Made by a program: the position numbers and the translations under genes
Assembly (NCBI GenBank): GCA_951406725.2
Contig: OX597824.1
Location: 50,964,001-51,028,000 of the forward strand
DNA length: 64,000 bases
Reading direction: 5' to 3'
DNA from: Octopus vulgaris
Lineage: Eukaryota
The notes under the pieces: model-generated
The model's input: only the letters and a program-made list of their open reading frames with translations
Told to the model about the DNA's origin: nothing
The model's database searches: none
Part shown: in pieces, positions 15,356-29,652 of the stretch
How positions within the stretch are numbered: position 1 is the first letter of the stretch
Layout: every line of letters starts with the position of its first letter

Positions 15356-16854
15356 TATTAAGCCAATATTTGCAATGAGACTTAGTGTAGTGGATTCTTG
15401 CCCATATATCGCAATGCCAAATGAATGATTTCGAAACAGTAAAAGTGCGGTTGATACTCTGGTACCATATTGACTCAGACACTAACAATTCTCCCAATAT
15501 ATCTACGTATGTATTATAAACCATGTATTGTAGATTTTATACAGTGACGTCACTGTTTTCTTGCCTGACAATGATCGAGTGGAATCCAATGCATTAATTA
15601 TGGACAACATTTAGAATATTATTAAATATATACGTTTTGCCTGTCTTGTCTGTCAGTCGAACCGGCTCGGTCTTATTTACTATTCTCCATGTGTGTGTGT
15701 GTGGAGGGGGGGTTATATTGTGCATGTATGGGTATATGATATGTGTGTCTATTTATACGTATTTTTATTTACATAGTGTTCACCTGTGGGTGTGGGTGTA
15801 TGTGTGTGAGTGTGTGTATAAGTGTGTGTGCATGTGTGTGTGTGTGTGTCTGCATCTGCTTCTGAGTTTAGTTACTGATTGATTAACATAAATTTTAAAT
15901 TGATGCATATTTAATATTACTATTTGTTCTCTCCATTTTGGATGCGTACACATATTTTTAAATACCAGTGTGTATTAATGTGTCCATGTTCTTGTGTGCA
16001 GGTGCGCGCGTGCGAACAAATTAATGTAAAATGCATTTAGGCGCATGTATAAATACGTATATATCGACACACACACACACGGACACACACGCGCGCACAC
16101 AAACATATACTAACATATGTGTACAATCGCTTTCACCACTGTGTCTCAATGACATCTAATATCATTATATATATCTACCTACAACCTGTCTACTGTCAAT
16201 TAGATGAGCAATATTTACAGGACACTATATCATGTAAATAGACCTCATATTAGCTAAACGACAGCTGATTGTCTTCCTTTTCGTTTATCTTTGTGTTCAC
16301 AGCAGATGATTGCTTCATTTACATTCATCCTCTATATGACGTCTTTACAACAGATTCCTAGATAAAAGAGAGTGACTGGGTAGGGAGACAGAAAAGGAAA
16401 ATATAAAGTAATGAATATTATCGGAATGTATGTGAATGTTGAAATATCATTGAAGCCGGTTCAGTTCGAAAAATGTACGAAAGACTATGAAATATTAAGT
16501 GGTTCGATTCTTGCCTGCAGTTTTCGTATTTGTAATCTATTTCAGAAATTAACACGCTGTGACGTCGTCCATGTATTTAGCTGCAAATATGTAATTTGTC
16601 AGGCTTATCTCTACAAATATTCTATACAAATTATAGCTAGCACTGATTCTTGTTACGACGTTTTGTATCTGAGACGTCAGATATACACAATGAAATCGAA
16701 CAATGAGTCTCTGATGCAAAACGTCTTAACAGAAAAATCAGTGCTAGCCATAATCTCTGTAGAGATAACCCGAACAAGTGACATAAAGTGCACTACTGAC
16801 ACTGTAGAATGAGGCATTGACATATATAAAACGTTTGAAATACTTTATAGTATA

Positions 16855-16899
16855 CTAGCAGAGATACCTGGCGTTGCTCGGGATTAAAACGGCATTATT

Positions 16900-16939
<40 letters not shown>

Positions 16940-17455
16940 CATTACAGTTATGTTAAAATACGTAATACGGGGAAGTGCAGCATTGACGACAAAACATTTG
17001 TGGAAAAAATTTTAATGCTATGCACAAACGAAAATTTGAGTTTAGCACACCATTTTTATAAGAATGACATAGATCATATCTGAAAGCAGCTCCAGGTGTT
17101 GTGACGAACGAATAGCCAAATATAAGCAATTGTAAATACCTAGCAACTGTTAATTAAGCAGTTGATGTGTACACGTAATTGTTTTTTGTCAAGTGTTTCA
17201 CCTTCAGCCGTTCTTGTCACATATGTATATGTGAGAAGTTGCCGTCGTCGTCGTCGTGGTTTAAAATGTCCTGTATTATATTTGACAAGAGAAAGATTAT
17301 CGCTATAAAATGTTATATTGTTTTAATGGAAATGAAAAACAAATTATATGTAGACACTCGTGGGGTGTGGTACTATTACCTTGTAAAATTTGATTTGATT
17401 TGGTGAAGCCGTTTGAGAATGCATTGAGGACAGATAGACAGTCGGAGAGACAAAG

Positions 17456-17498
<43 letters not shown>

Positions 17499-17911
17499 TT
17501 AAGTGTATGAATTGAATATTAATTTAAGGATTAATATGTAACTGTAAATACCTTGTAACCTTGCAACTGCTGCGATTATTATTAGCTGGTAATTGAACGG
17601 TAAATGTGTAAAATAAGATGGAACTTAGTGTTATCACATTATAATAAAAAGTGAAAGAATAAAAGTGAAACAATGTTATATCACATTACAATACAGATCG
17701 TATTTTTTTCACTTTTGACACGTAATACCGAACCAGTCTAAAAGATTGCTCCAAGCACGCATTATGTAAGAAGCTGAAATTTTTTGGTTCATGATACTAC
17801 ATGGACCCTAAGTAATACATGTGCAAAATTGGAATGAAATCGGTGTGTAGTTCTCGATTTTTAGGGCTTCGCACATACACACACACACATTCTTAGTTTT
17901 ATGTATATAGA
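16855..17911 (-). mobile_element. Non-autonomous Helitron
   Basis: The minus strand starts A|TCTATATAC and ends CCCGAGCAACGCCAGG (eroded hairpin)-TATCTCTG-CTAG|T. The pairing of the two ends is inferred. Confidence 0.65.
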
Positions 17912-19115
17912 TTGTGGTTGCATAACAAAATACTGCGTCCGTACAAGTCATTAGTAAATAGGTAAGTTTTTTGGTAGCCCATCATTTTTTTTATTGTGGA
18001 AAGCAGTTTAAAATTGTTCGAGTCATCTGGTAGTTTGCCGCCATATTTCTCGTGAGTTAGTTCAAAATCACATGACGTCAAACAGGTTGATAGAATGCAT
18101 GAGGACAAATCTTCTGACGATGTCCCTGTGACAAAATTTGGTTTCAGAATATCTGAATAATGAGAGGGTGTGCTCTGTACTTTAAAACACAGACTATAAC
18201 AAAGCCCTGTATACACATGACGGTCATTATTAGTGCATGTTATATGTAAGTTCTATAAAACGTAAGCAATAATGGTATCTTTAACGGTATCAATAATGGT
18301 GCAGAATATTCGTCAATATTCAAAATATTATCTAATATAATAGTAGTGAATCAGTGCAGAAGGGTTAGCCGTTATAAATACATTCCTAACTTTGAAAGTG
18401 TTACAATCAAAGCAATACGGTCGAAATTCCTCTAAATTTTATCTGCAAAAATTTGCTTCTTGTCTTTAGTATCAAAACTGATTATTGCCTCCTTGATTAT
18501 TGCATATTCTTTATATGTTTATAACATAGATGTTATAAACATATAAACATATAAAGAATATGCAATAATCAGTTTTAAACATATACGATCATAACTGATT
18601 ATTGCATATTCTTTATATGTTTATTACAGTTGACCACCCCTCCACCTCTTTGCATTCTTGTAGAAAAAATTCTCTGCTTGAGGGCACATGGCCTAGTGGT
18701 TAGGGTGTTGCATTCATGATCGCGAGGTTGTGGTTTCAATTCCTGAACAGGCTGGTGCGTTGTGTTCTTGGACAAAACACTCTATCTCACGTTGCTCTAC
18801 GATCACTTCGACACCTGACGTGTGGTAAACCTTGCAACTGTTTAGTCAACGCTGATTTGATGGAGGGAGTGAGCTCATGTAGAACGCAATCATTTGGTCA
18901 CTCTGAACTAATCGTTTGAGCAGGTTCAGCAAGAATTTGCAAAAGCGTCTTTCTTGGGACTGTCGGGGATTACCATTATTATCAAATTCTTTCCTCATCT
19001 CCTTACAATTTGACTTTACATTTTTGCAGCTTTTTCTCTTATTTTTCTCATTTTCTTTTCGTGGGCTTTCTATGATTTTCCTCATGCATGCTACTATATA
19101 TAGAGATAAGAGGAG

Positions 19116-19176
<61 letters not shown>

Positions 19177-19958
19177 GATATATAGGGATAAGAGGAGTTC
19201 ATTAATAGTTTCAAACTATTAATGAACGCCTCTTCAATGAACTCTTCAAATAACTCGTTATGTGGCCATGTGAAACGTTGACGATCGAAAAGCTAATGTT
19301 TTGTTGTTGTAATTATTCAAATACTATAGGACTATGGTTTCTGACAGTCTGGCCTATTTTTGCATAGATAACATAATCACAACGGAATGGGAGTGGAATA
19401 TCAATCTAAATTCGGAGCCTGAAATAGCTGGTAATGTATATTGCATTAAACATACTACTGAATATGATGTGTTTGTGTTTGTGTTTGTGTGTGTGTAAAC
19501 ATGACCACACACAAACACACACATACACGTTCATCAGCGGTGGATGACCGACCAATATCTGGTCGTTGGACAACATAGGCTATGGCATTGGTTTACGTCT
19601 TTCCATACATATCAATTTTGTCTTTGACATTTAAACCTTTCGAGATGCATGAAATAATTAAGAGATTGAGTAATAATTTCGATGTAAGCGACAGAATCTT
19701 TTGAAGTTAGTGCTCCAGCATGGGGTCAGTCGAATATCTGAAAACAATGAAAGAGAATGGGCTTGTAAATGACACGGAGAGGTCACTTCCACAGTACAAG
19801 TGCACTGGCTCATGTTTATTTTTAGAAACGGAACGCTTGCTTCTATACATAAACTTAAAGCACATACACATAATATTCAAACAAATATGCACACAGATAT
19901 GTTTACATATATTTCTTTGTGCATTTATATATGTATATACATATATATACACATGCAT

Positions 19959-20026
<68 letters not shown>

Positions 20027-20053
20027 GTGCGTGTATGTAAGTATATATATATG

Positions 20054-20127
<74 letters not shown>

Positions 20128-20174
20128 GTGTGTGTGTATACATATATGCATATATATTTACATATATATATATA

Positions 20175-20285
20175 TACAGCCATATCACGTTGAAAGCACC
20201 GGTTCTCGTCCGATCACCGAAGTTAAGCAACGTCGAGCCTAGTTAGTACTTAGGTGACCGCTTGGGAAACCTAGTTATTGTAAGC
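20175..20285 (+). pseudogene. 5S rRNA pseudogene
   Basis: tacagccatatcacgttgaaagcaccggttctcgtccgatcaccgaagttaagcaacgtcgagcctagttagtacttaggtgaccgcttgggaaacctagttattgtaagc matches metazoan (mollusc-type) 5S. It lacks the first ~3 nt, has a ~4-nt deletion in the box C region and has no oligo-T terminator. Confidence 0.92.
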
Positions 20286-20300
20286 GTCACACATTATATA

Positions 20301-20471
20301 GGCGCAAGAGTGGCTGTGTTGTAAGTAGCTTGCTTACCAACCACATGGTTCCGGGTTCAGACCCACTGCGTGGCACTTTGGGCAAGTGTCTTCTAGTATA
20401 GCCTCGGGCCGACCAAAGGCTTGTGAGTGGATTTGATAGACAGAAATTGAAAGCAGCCTGTCGTACATATG

Positions 20472-20558
<87 letters not shown>

Positions 20559-20766
20559 TTGGTTGTCTGTGTTTGTCCCTCCCCAGCATCGCTTGACAAC
20601 CGATGCTGGTGTATATACGTCACCTAACTTAGCGGTTCGGCAAAAAAAGACTGATAGAATAAATACTGGGTTACAAAGAATAAGTTATGGGGTCGATTTG
20701 CTCGGCTAAAGGTGGTGCTCCAGCATGGCCACAGTCAAATGACTGAAACAAGTAAAAAAGTAAAAG
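20301..20766 (+). mobile_element. tRNA-derived SINE family A (full length, internal microsatellite)
   Basis: Head ggcgcaagagtggctgtgttgtaagtagc..ggttcagaccc has box A/B-like motifs, followed by an internal (TA)n(TG)n and a tail ending gactgaaacaagtaaaa. Confidence 0.88.
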
Positions 20767-21103
20767 TATAAAAGAATATACAGATATTAATATACATGCA
20801 TATGTATGGGTATTGTACGAATGTATATATATAAATGTATATTTAAATGTACACACACACATATATACATATACAAATAGCCACATGTATGCCGATATAT
20901 GAAAATATTTATTAATGTATGTGTGTGCATTATATATCGATATATCTATTTGTGTGCATATGTCTGTTTGCGTGTATGCGTATATGTGCGAGTGAGTAAC
21001 GTTTTTGCTGGATGATGAAATGTGTTAATATCCGGCAGTAAAAATGAAAACCATATTGGTTTGTCGAAAAAGCTTGTTACTCTCTCCCTCTCCTCCCGGT
21101 TCC

Positions 21104-21135
<32 letters not shown>

Positions 21136-21144
21136 GTCTCTCTG

Positions 21145-21296
<152 letters not shown>

Positions 21297-21816
21297 GTCT
21301 TCGTTCAACATATTTCGTTTTCTCGTTGATCCTGTCCATTCCTCAGCATCCACATTCATTCACATATCTACCCGTCCCTTTCTACATTTAACTGTCATTC
21401 GGCAATACATAGCTGGCGAAAGCTATCAATTAAATGATTCCGCTACAATCAGGCGCAGTGTGAAGAAAGATTGGTCTTTTGTTAAACCGTTTGACGGTGT
21501 AGTTCTGTTTTGTTGGTTTCTTGCTGTTGTCGTTGTTGTTGTTATTTTCTCCCCTGTCTCTCTTCATCTCTTTAAGTTCAGTTGTAATGATAGAGCAATG
21601 ACATTCAGACAACGACCACGGCTCTTTGTTGTTGTTACCAGTACCCTGCAGAGGGAACGATTCAATAATCACCCTTTGAGCATTTTATATTGTCCACTCC
21701 TCCCTCCACTCATTCATCTAGTCATCTATCAGTCTATCTATGCACATGGCGCCCTCTTTGTCTCAGCTTCTCTTTTTCCTCCCCTTCTCTCTCTATCTCT
21801 GTCTCTCTCCCCTCGC

Positions 21817-21882
<66 letters not shown>

Positions 21883-21954
21883 GAGGCATATATGAAGTAT
21901 CTGTCTGCTATTGAGGGTATAAATCTAACTATCGATGTGTTGTGTGTATTCTTT

Positions 21955-22455
21955 TATCTTTTACTTGTTTCAATCATTAGACTGCGGCAATGCTGGGGCA
22001 CCGCATTGAAGAAATTTTAATCGAATGAATCGACCTCAGCATTTTTTTAATCCTGGTACTTATTCTATCGGTCACTTATTTCTGAACCGCTAAGTTACAG
22101 GGAGGTAAGACACCAACACCAGTGAAGTGGTGTGTTGTTGTTGTTGGTGGTGGTGGTGAGGGGAAGACAAACACAAAGACACACGCGCACATAGATGTAG
22201 ATATACATACGACAGGTTTCGTTCAGTTTCCATCTATCAAATGCACTAACAAAGCATTGTTTAGTCGGGGACAATAGTAGAATACACTTGCCTAAGGTAC
22301 TCATATATACGACGGGCTTCTTTCAGTTTCCGTCTACCAAATCCACTCATAAGGCTTTGGTCGGCCCGAAGCTATAGTAGGAGACACTTGTCCAAGGTGC
22401 TACGGTGTGGGACTGAACCCGGAACCATGTGGTTGGGAAGCAAGTTTCTTACCAC
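21955..22455 (-). mobile_element. SINE family A (composite of two partial copies)
   Basis: The tail, body and a duplicated head segment match the family. Confidence 0.75.
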
Positions 22456-22478
22456 ATATGTCTATATATATATGTAAA

Positions 22479-22522
<44 letters not shown>

Positions 22523-22547
22523 CACACACACACACAGACACACACAC

Positions 22548-22591
<44 letters not shown>

Positions 22592-22614
22592 TATAGGTGT
22601 ATGCGTGGTTGTGT

Positions 22615-22656
<42 letters not shown>

Positions 22657-23320
22657 ATATATATTTCAGAATTGTGCAAAAAAAAGAAAAAAAAGACTGA
22701 CAGGTGCGGTAAAAAAAAGAACAAGTTATATTAGTTTGGCGTTCTGGAAAAAAGTGGATGAGTTTTCGAGAGACGAAAATATGTGTGTGCTATTCTCTCA
22801 TTCTTTACTTGTTTCAGTTATTTGACGGTGACCATTCTGGAGTACCATATACATACATACACATATACCATGTGACCATGTGTTTCTTCCTTAGAAGCCG
22901 TCATCACAACAACAGTTGCCCTTTTTAAGAAAAGCAGAGCGAGATATTTAGCCATGTACAAACAGAATATATTAATGACCTAACTGAACTTACTAAGGCA
23001 CTAAAACAAATATAATTCAGAGTGGTAATGGTATGTATTGGAACAACAAGACGAATATGGTGTGAGTGTGTGTGTGTGTCTATGTATGTAATTAAATATT
23101 TATGTTTATATAGTGATCACAACAGTCTCCTGCTAATCAGGGAAATAAAAAAGCAATCGAACTCTGACGTTGTGTTTTAACGTAATCCTAGTCTAATCGA
23201 CTAATCAGTCTTTTCCCCAGTATGTTTAAGAGTCTTGGTTAAATACGTTTAATCGTAAGACCTATTTTCAATACGATCAAAATAATGTATTTAACAAGTA
23301 ATTTTGTAAATTTGTTTACA

Positions 23321-23351
<31 letters not shown>

Positions 23352-24057
23352 TACACACACACACACGCACGCACACACACACACACACAAGCACACAAAT
23401 ACACAAACAAACACACACATATGTAAATCTGAATCCACATGTATGTATGCGAATTTAAAGCAATGTTTAATAAGGAAACGTTGCAGATCAGCAAAGGAAA
23501 TTATGAAAGAAAGATATAATATGAAAGAAATTAACAGAAATTTTAGACAGGGTAAATATATTTAAATGTATGTGTGTAAGTGATATCATAAATATTGCTT
23601 TCTTTGTATTCAATTTTAGTTTATAATTTTAAAAGAGAATATCGATAGACGAATTAACATAAAATACAACAGGGAAATAATTAAAGAATTTATTTGGTTT
23701 CCTCGAAAAGAATCATTTATAAGAAGCAGACGGTAATTTACTTTCTTTACGCATGCGCTAATTGTAGAAGAAACAAACGGACGTATTAGAAGAAGAAGAA
23801 GAAGAAGAAGAAGAAGAAGAAGAAGAAGAAGAAGAAGAAGAAGAAGAAGAAGAAGAAGAAGAAGAAGAAGAAGAAGAAGAAGAAGAAGAAGAAGAAAGGA
23901 ACTCATAGAGGAGGTCAAAGAAGAGTCTGTTGAGAGAAGAAAAAGATGGTGAATTTGATATTCTTAAAAAAAAATGATTTGATAAGAACGTTTTGATAAG
24001 AAACAAACGCGACCAGACCAAACAGCAAAAGGAGGATATATTTATGCGTGTATATTT

Positions 24058-24118
<61 letters not shown>

Positions 24119-24186
24119 CACGCATAAATATATCCTCCTTTTGCTGTTACATACATATATATATATGTATGTATGTACGTATGTAT

Positions 24187-24354
<168 letters not shown>

Positions 24355-25007
24355 GTGAATGAATTATCCTATGTTTATCGTCAGCATGGAAAATTCGTTG
24401 AACCGAAACCTGGGTAGCAAATTCACGTCAGAAACACGGTTGAAGCGACCTGTCCAAGGATAGAAACTCCGGGTTCATGTGCAGAAATTTGTGTGTTGTA
24501 TACGAATAAATGAAAGAATGAAGTCGAACGAAGATGTTAACAAAATTCCTTTACTCTCGACATATGTTTCGAAGACAACATGGTTTCATTCCAAAGGAAT
24601 AAAGGGTGCATTATGCAATCTTCTCATCAGGAAAGAAAGGGAGCCTCTCTCGACAACAAGACAGACAAAAATTTCGATGACTGCCTACATGGTAAACAAA
24701 ACGATAATGAGTGTTTTTTTAAAAAGCCGTTAGAATTGACGTCAAAGATAGATAGTAGGAAGAGAAGGGTTAAAGGAATAATAGGTAGGGAACAAGTGGA
24801 GAGGGAAGGGTACGTTGATTGAAAGAATGTTCGAAGGCTTAGGAAAGAATTTCGCTATTGAAGTGGGGTGCACGTTAAGCTAATTGTTCAAACCATAGTG
24901 ACTATCGTTATCATTTATATGAGTAGAAACTATGTTTCTGCAAGTGTTTACATTTGTATGATTTTTATATGATAATAATTAGTAATAATATCTATATGAT
25001 ACCTATA

Positions 25008-25172
25008 GGCGCAGGAGTGGTTGTGTGGTTAAGTAGCTTGCTTACCCACCACATGGTTCTAGGTTCAGTCCCACTGCGTGGCACCTAGGGCTAGTGTCTT
25101 CTACTATAGCCTTGGGCCGACCAAAGCGTTAAGAGTGGATTTGGTAGGCGGAAACTGAAAGAAGCCCGTCGT
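25008..25172 (+). mobile_element. SINE family A head
   Basis: ggcgcaggagtggttgtgtgg...gaaagaagcccgtcgt. Confidence 0.8.
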
Positions 25173-25544
25173 AATCTTCTCTCTTCGCTCTTATACGCCA
25201 TTTGGTCTCAACTCTCCCCTCCCTCCTCATCTAACCCCCCTCCCCCCTCCTCACCTACATTTCCCCCCGACCCCTACTTCTTCAGTCCTTCATCCTTTCA
25301 CCCCTACTCCCCTTCCCTTCTTCCCTCTTTCTCCCTCCCTCCTTCCCTCTTCCCCTTCCCTCTGCTCCCTCACTCCCCTTCTCTCTCCCCCTCTCCCTCT
25401 TTCCTCCTTCCCCCTCCCCTCCTTCCCCCTCCTCCCCCTCCCCTTCCTTCTCCCCTCCTCTCTCCCCCCTCCCCCTCCTCCCCTCCCCTCTTCTCCTCTC
25501 TCCACATTACACCACATGACTTTACACATCACATCATATATGAT

Positions 25545-25927
25545 GTGCCATACTAATACATACACCAACTAATACATACTAATACATACTAATACATACT
25601 AATACATACACCAACCCTATACATACACACGTCCAGACCCCTCATACGCACTAATACTCTCTCATACACACACACACACACACACATATACATACTAATA
25701 CGTACTAATACATACTAATACATACTAATACATACACCAACCCTATACATACACACGTCCAGACCTCTCATACGCACTAATACTCTCTCATACACACACA
25801 CACACACACACACACACCCTTATACATACTAATACATACTAATACATACACCAACCCTATACATACACACGTCCAGACCTCTCATACGCACTAATACTCT
25901 CTCATACACACACACACACACCCTTAT
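25545..25927. repeat. Tandem repeat, ~3 units of ~120 bp
   Basis: The unit (catactaata)n-cacca accctatacatacacacgtccagacc..catacgcactaatactctctcatacacac recurs at ~25600, ~25725 and ~25845. Confidence 0.9.
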
Positions 25928-26089
25928 GTTGGAGCTGGTCACTCAACCCAATTATCTCCCCTAATTTCGCTCTCGCGTCTCATGTTTGATCTTTGACTTC
26001 TGGCCGAAATCAGATCGCCATGTTGATTCGTTAGTTACTGCACGCATTTTTTTCTCTCCTTCTTTCTGTGTTTTTTTTCTCTCTGTGTA

Positions 26090-26127
26090 TCTTTCTGTTG
26101 AAGAGCGTAGGCTCGAAACGTTAAAGA
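26090..26127 (+). ncRNA. Minimal hammerhead-like motif of the PLE type
   Basis: UCUUU-CUGUUGA-A-GAGC GUAG GCUC-GAAA-CG-UU-AAAGA. Minimal palindromic stem III (AACGUU), A6U core variant. Confidence 0.6.
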
Positions 26128-26225
26128 CTTGTTTTATTTATATTTCCTGAGCGCCATACTAATACAATTGTTTGTTTGTTTTCCACCTGCCTTCGTCTTT
26201 TGTCTATTTTCATAAAGCTTCCCGT

Positions 26226-26261
<36 letters not shown>

Positions 26262-26278
26262 ATAAATAGAAAAATATA

Positions 26279-27394
26279 GGTGCAGGTGTTTGTGTGGTAA
26301 GAACCTTGCTTCCCAACCATACGTCTCGGTGTTCAGTCGCACTACGTGGCACCTTGGGGAAGTGTCTTCTCCCATAGCCTCTGGCTGACCGAATCCTTGC
26401 GAGTGGATTTGGTAGTCGGACATTGAAAGAAGTCCGTCGTATATATGTATCTATACATATCCATCTATCTCTATGTGTCTTTGTGTCTTTGCTTATCTCC
26501 TCATCACTGCTTGACAGCCGATGTGTTTACGTCTCCGTAACTTAGCGGTTCCACAAAAGAGACCGATAAGTACCAAACCTTAAAAAATAACTACTGGGGT
26601 CAATGTGATCGACTAAAAATTCTTCAAGGCGGTGCCCCAGTATGGCCACGGTCTAATGATTGAAACAAGTAAAAGGTAAAGATAAATCTCTTTACTCTTT
26701 TAGTCTTTTACTTGTTTCAGTCATTTGACTGCGGCCATGCTGGAGCACCGCCTTTAGTCGAGCAAATCGACCCCGGGACTTATTCTTTGTAAGCCCAGTA
26801 CTTATTCTATCGGTCTCTTTTGCCGAACCGCTAAGCGACGGGGACTGAAACACACCAGCATCGGTTGTCAAGCAATGCTAGGGGGACAAACACAGACACA
26901 CAAACATATACACACACACTTATATATACATATACATATATACGACAGGCTTCTTTCAGTTTCCGTCTACCAAATCCACTCACAAGGCTTTGGTCGGCCC
27001 GGGGCTATAGCAGAAGACACTTGCCCAAGATGCCACGCAGTGGGACTGAACCCGGAACCATGTGGTTGGTTAGCAAGCTACTTACAACACAGCCACTCCA
27101 GCACCTGTATTTAAATTTGTTTTTCTTGTTTCAGTCATTTGACTGCGGCCATGATGGGACACCGCCTTTAAGGTTGTTAGTCGAGCAAATCGATCTCCGG
27201 ACTCTTCTTTTTTATGCCTAGAACTTAATCTATGGATTTTTTGCCAAACCACAAGTTATGGGAACATAAACACACCAGCATCTGTTGTCAAGCGGTGGCA
27301 GGGAACAAACACGGACACAAAACATACACACATATTTATATATACATATATATATATATATATGTATATACATATATATACATACATACATACA

Positions 27395-27445
<51 letters not shown>

Positions 27446-27605
27446 CGGGCTTCTTTCAGTTTCCGGCTACCAAATCCTCTCACAAGACTTTGATCAGCCC
27501 GAGGCAATAGTAGAAAACACTTGCCCAAGGTGTAACACAGTGGGTCTGAACCCAGAATCATGTAGCTGGGAAGCAAGCTTCTTACCAGACAACCACGCCT
27601 GCGCC
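26279..27605. mobile_element. Cluster of three SINE family A copies: 26279-26680(+), 26688-27105(-), 27125-27605(-)
   Basis: Each copy is colinear with the family. The first two are tail-to-tail. Confidence 0.88.
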
Positions 27606-27680
27606 TGTATGTATACAAATGTATATGTCTACATAAGTACACGCATACATTCATATATGTGTACACGCATATACAAAGAT

Positions 27681-27766
<86 letters not shown>

Positions 27767-28639
27767 AACAGTGAACGAATGAAAATATCCCAAGAAAACC
27801 GACGATGAAAGTATTACTAAAATAGATGTTAAAGAGCTACAAATGTGTTTTATTTTACTTTCTTTTACTTTACGGTCGATAGAAAATGAAGACGAAGAAG
27901 TAAAGAGTAGACGAAGGAGAAGAAGAGACGAATGGGCGGGGTAAATTCGTCGTTAGAGCCATCCCTAGTAATCAGTGAGGTTATTGTTGGGGTAGCCCTT
28001 TTTGAAAAGGGACCGATCCTCCTCCTGTCTTTTAATGTTTTTTTGTACATCGGGATGGGTGGACGTGAGGGAGATGGTGAGGTGGATGTTTTTCTATTTG
28101 TATTTTATAACAGTTTCATGAATGACCGGAGGGCAGTTGTGAACGAAGGGGAAAAAGTATTATAGCTAGATAGAGATGTAGGAGTGTGTGTGTGTGTGTG
28201 TATGTGTGTGTGTGAGTGGCTAAAAGAGGTATTGAGAGAAACGTAGGTATACGAGGTGGGGGATATAGCAGGGGAGAAGGGAGAGGAGTCGTTGAAAAAG
28301 AATGGTGGGTTACTGTGGATGCGGGTCTGTCAAGGAGCTGGGATGAGATAGAGGGAGAGAGAGGGAGAGAAAGAAAGAGAGAGAGAGAGTGGGGCAAACA
28401 GTGTGAGAGAAAGGCAGAAAGATAGAGACAGACAGAGATACAAACAGACAGAAGTGAAGAGAAATAAAGAAGCAAAGAGAAGCATATTTTTACGGCTGCA
28501 GTGATCCAGTAGTAGGATGCTTATTCAACCATATGTGGCTTACAACACACAAAAACAGACACACGTACATATACATACGTATATACATACAATCATACAT
28601 GCATACATACATACATACATGTATACATATATATATGTG

Positions 28640-28681
<42 letters not shown>

Positions 28682-29621
28682 TGTATGTATATATATATAC
28701 ACACCACACGCATACACGTACCTCTTACTTTCTAATTTGATTCTCTTGTAACTCTAGTCTTGTTTCTGCTGTTCTTTCTTGTTATATTTATTTTTGCTCC
28801 CTTCTCTGCCTCCTATTCTAATGAAATCTCACAGTAGTTTACAATAAGCAGCTGCCCCCTTCACGCACTCACACACACACACACGCACACACACACACAC
28901 ATGCACACATACACATACATGTACATGCATATTTATATATTCAATGATACTTGTATGTATGCACATACATATATCATATATGTGTATATATACACAGACA
29001 TACACTCCCGCACAATCATTGCTCCAGTTGACTCAATAAATAAATTTAAATTACCATTGAAATAGGGTGATAGTTATACACACTCATGCACAAATAAACA
29101 CACACACATATACACAAATACATACATGCACATCGTATCATTTCAATGGTAGTCTAAATTACACACATATATGTGTGTCAGTATGTGTGCGTGTGTGTAT
29201 GAGCGTGAATATGGATGTTTTTGTAAGCATTTATGTATACATACATAAGCGTGTAAGTATGTACACGCACGCAGACACTTTGACACACACATATACATAC
29301 ACTTTTGTAGACGGGCAATTGATGGATTCGTTCGTGCGTTGGAGGAATTACTTTGCGGTATACTTTCCGACTCTACTCTCTGAGTTCGAATCACACAGAG
29401 GTCAACTTAACCTTTTATTCTTTCGGCGGTGATAAAATAAACTATTAGTTCTGCACTGGGTCGATTCTTCTCTTTGTCTCCTTTTCGTCTTCTTGAATAA
29501 TGCAACTGTGATCAGATCTGCAGAGGGACGGGCTGGGGTACGTCTCAAAATGCCCGATGTATGACATTTGTCCTGACGGAGTCCTCACGACTATCAAGGA
29601 AGTAAGGATTCATGGTATGGT

Positions 29622-29651
<30 letters not shown>

Positions 29652-29652
<1 letters not shown>

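Larger units (their letters stand above)
25171..26230 (+). mobile_element. 3' end of a Penelope-like element (GIY-YIG C-terminus, long 3' UTR with tandem repeats, hammerhead)
   Basis: Begins VIFSLRSYTPFGLNS, resembling the 'L.T..P.GLN' end of PLE GIY-YIG domains. Continues through a C-rich tract, a 3x tandem repeat and the HHR at 26090, and ends at (TA)n. Related tail fragments in reverse orientation at ~3300-3370 and ~22670-22775. Confidence 0.55.

Noticed and set aside
18110-18150. CTGACGA-tgtc/gaca-AAA hammerhead-like string
   Set aside because: G12 is missing and stems I and III are too weak to support a call.
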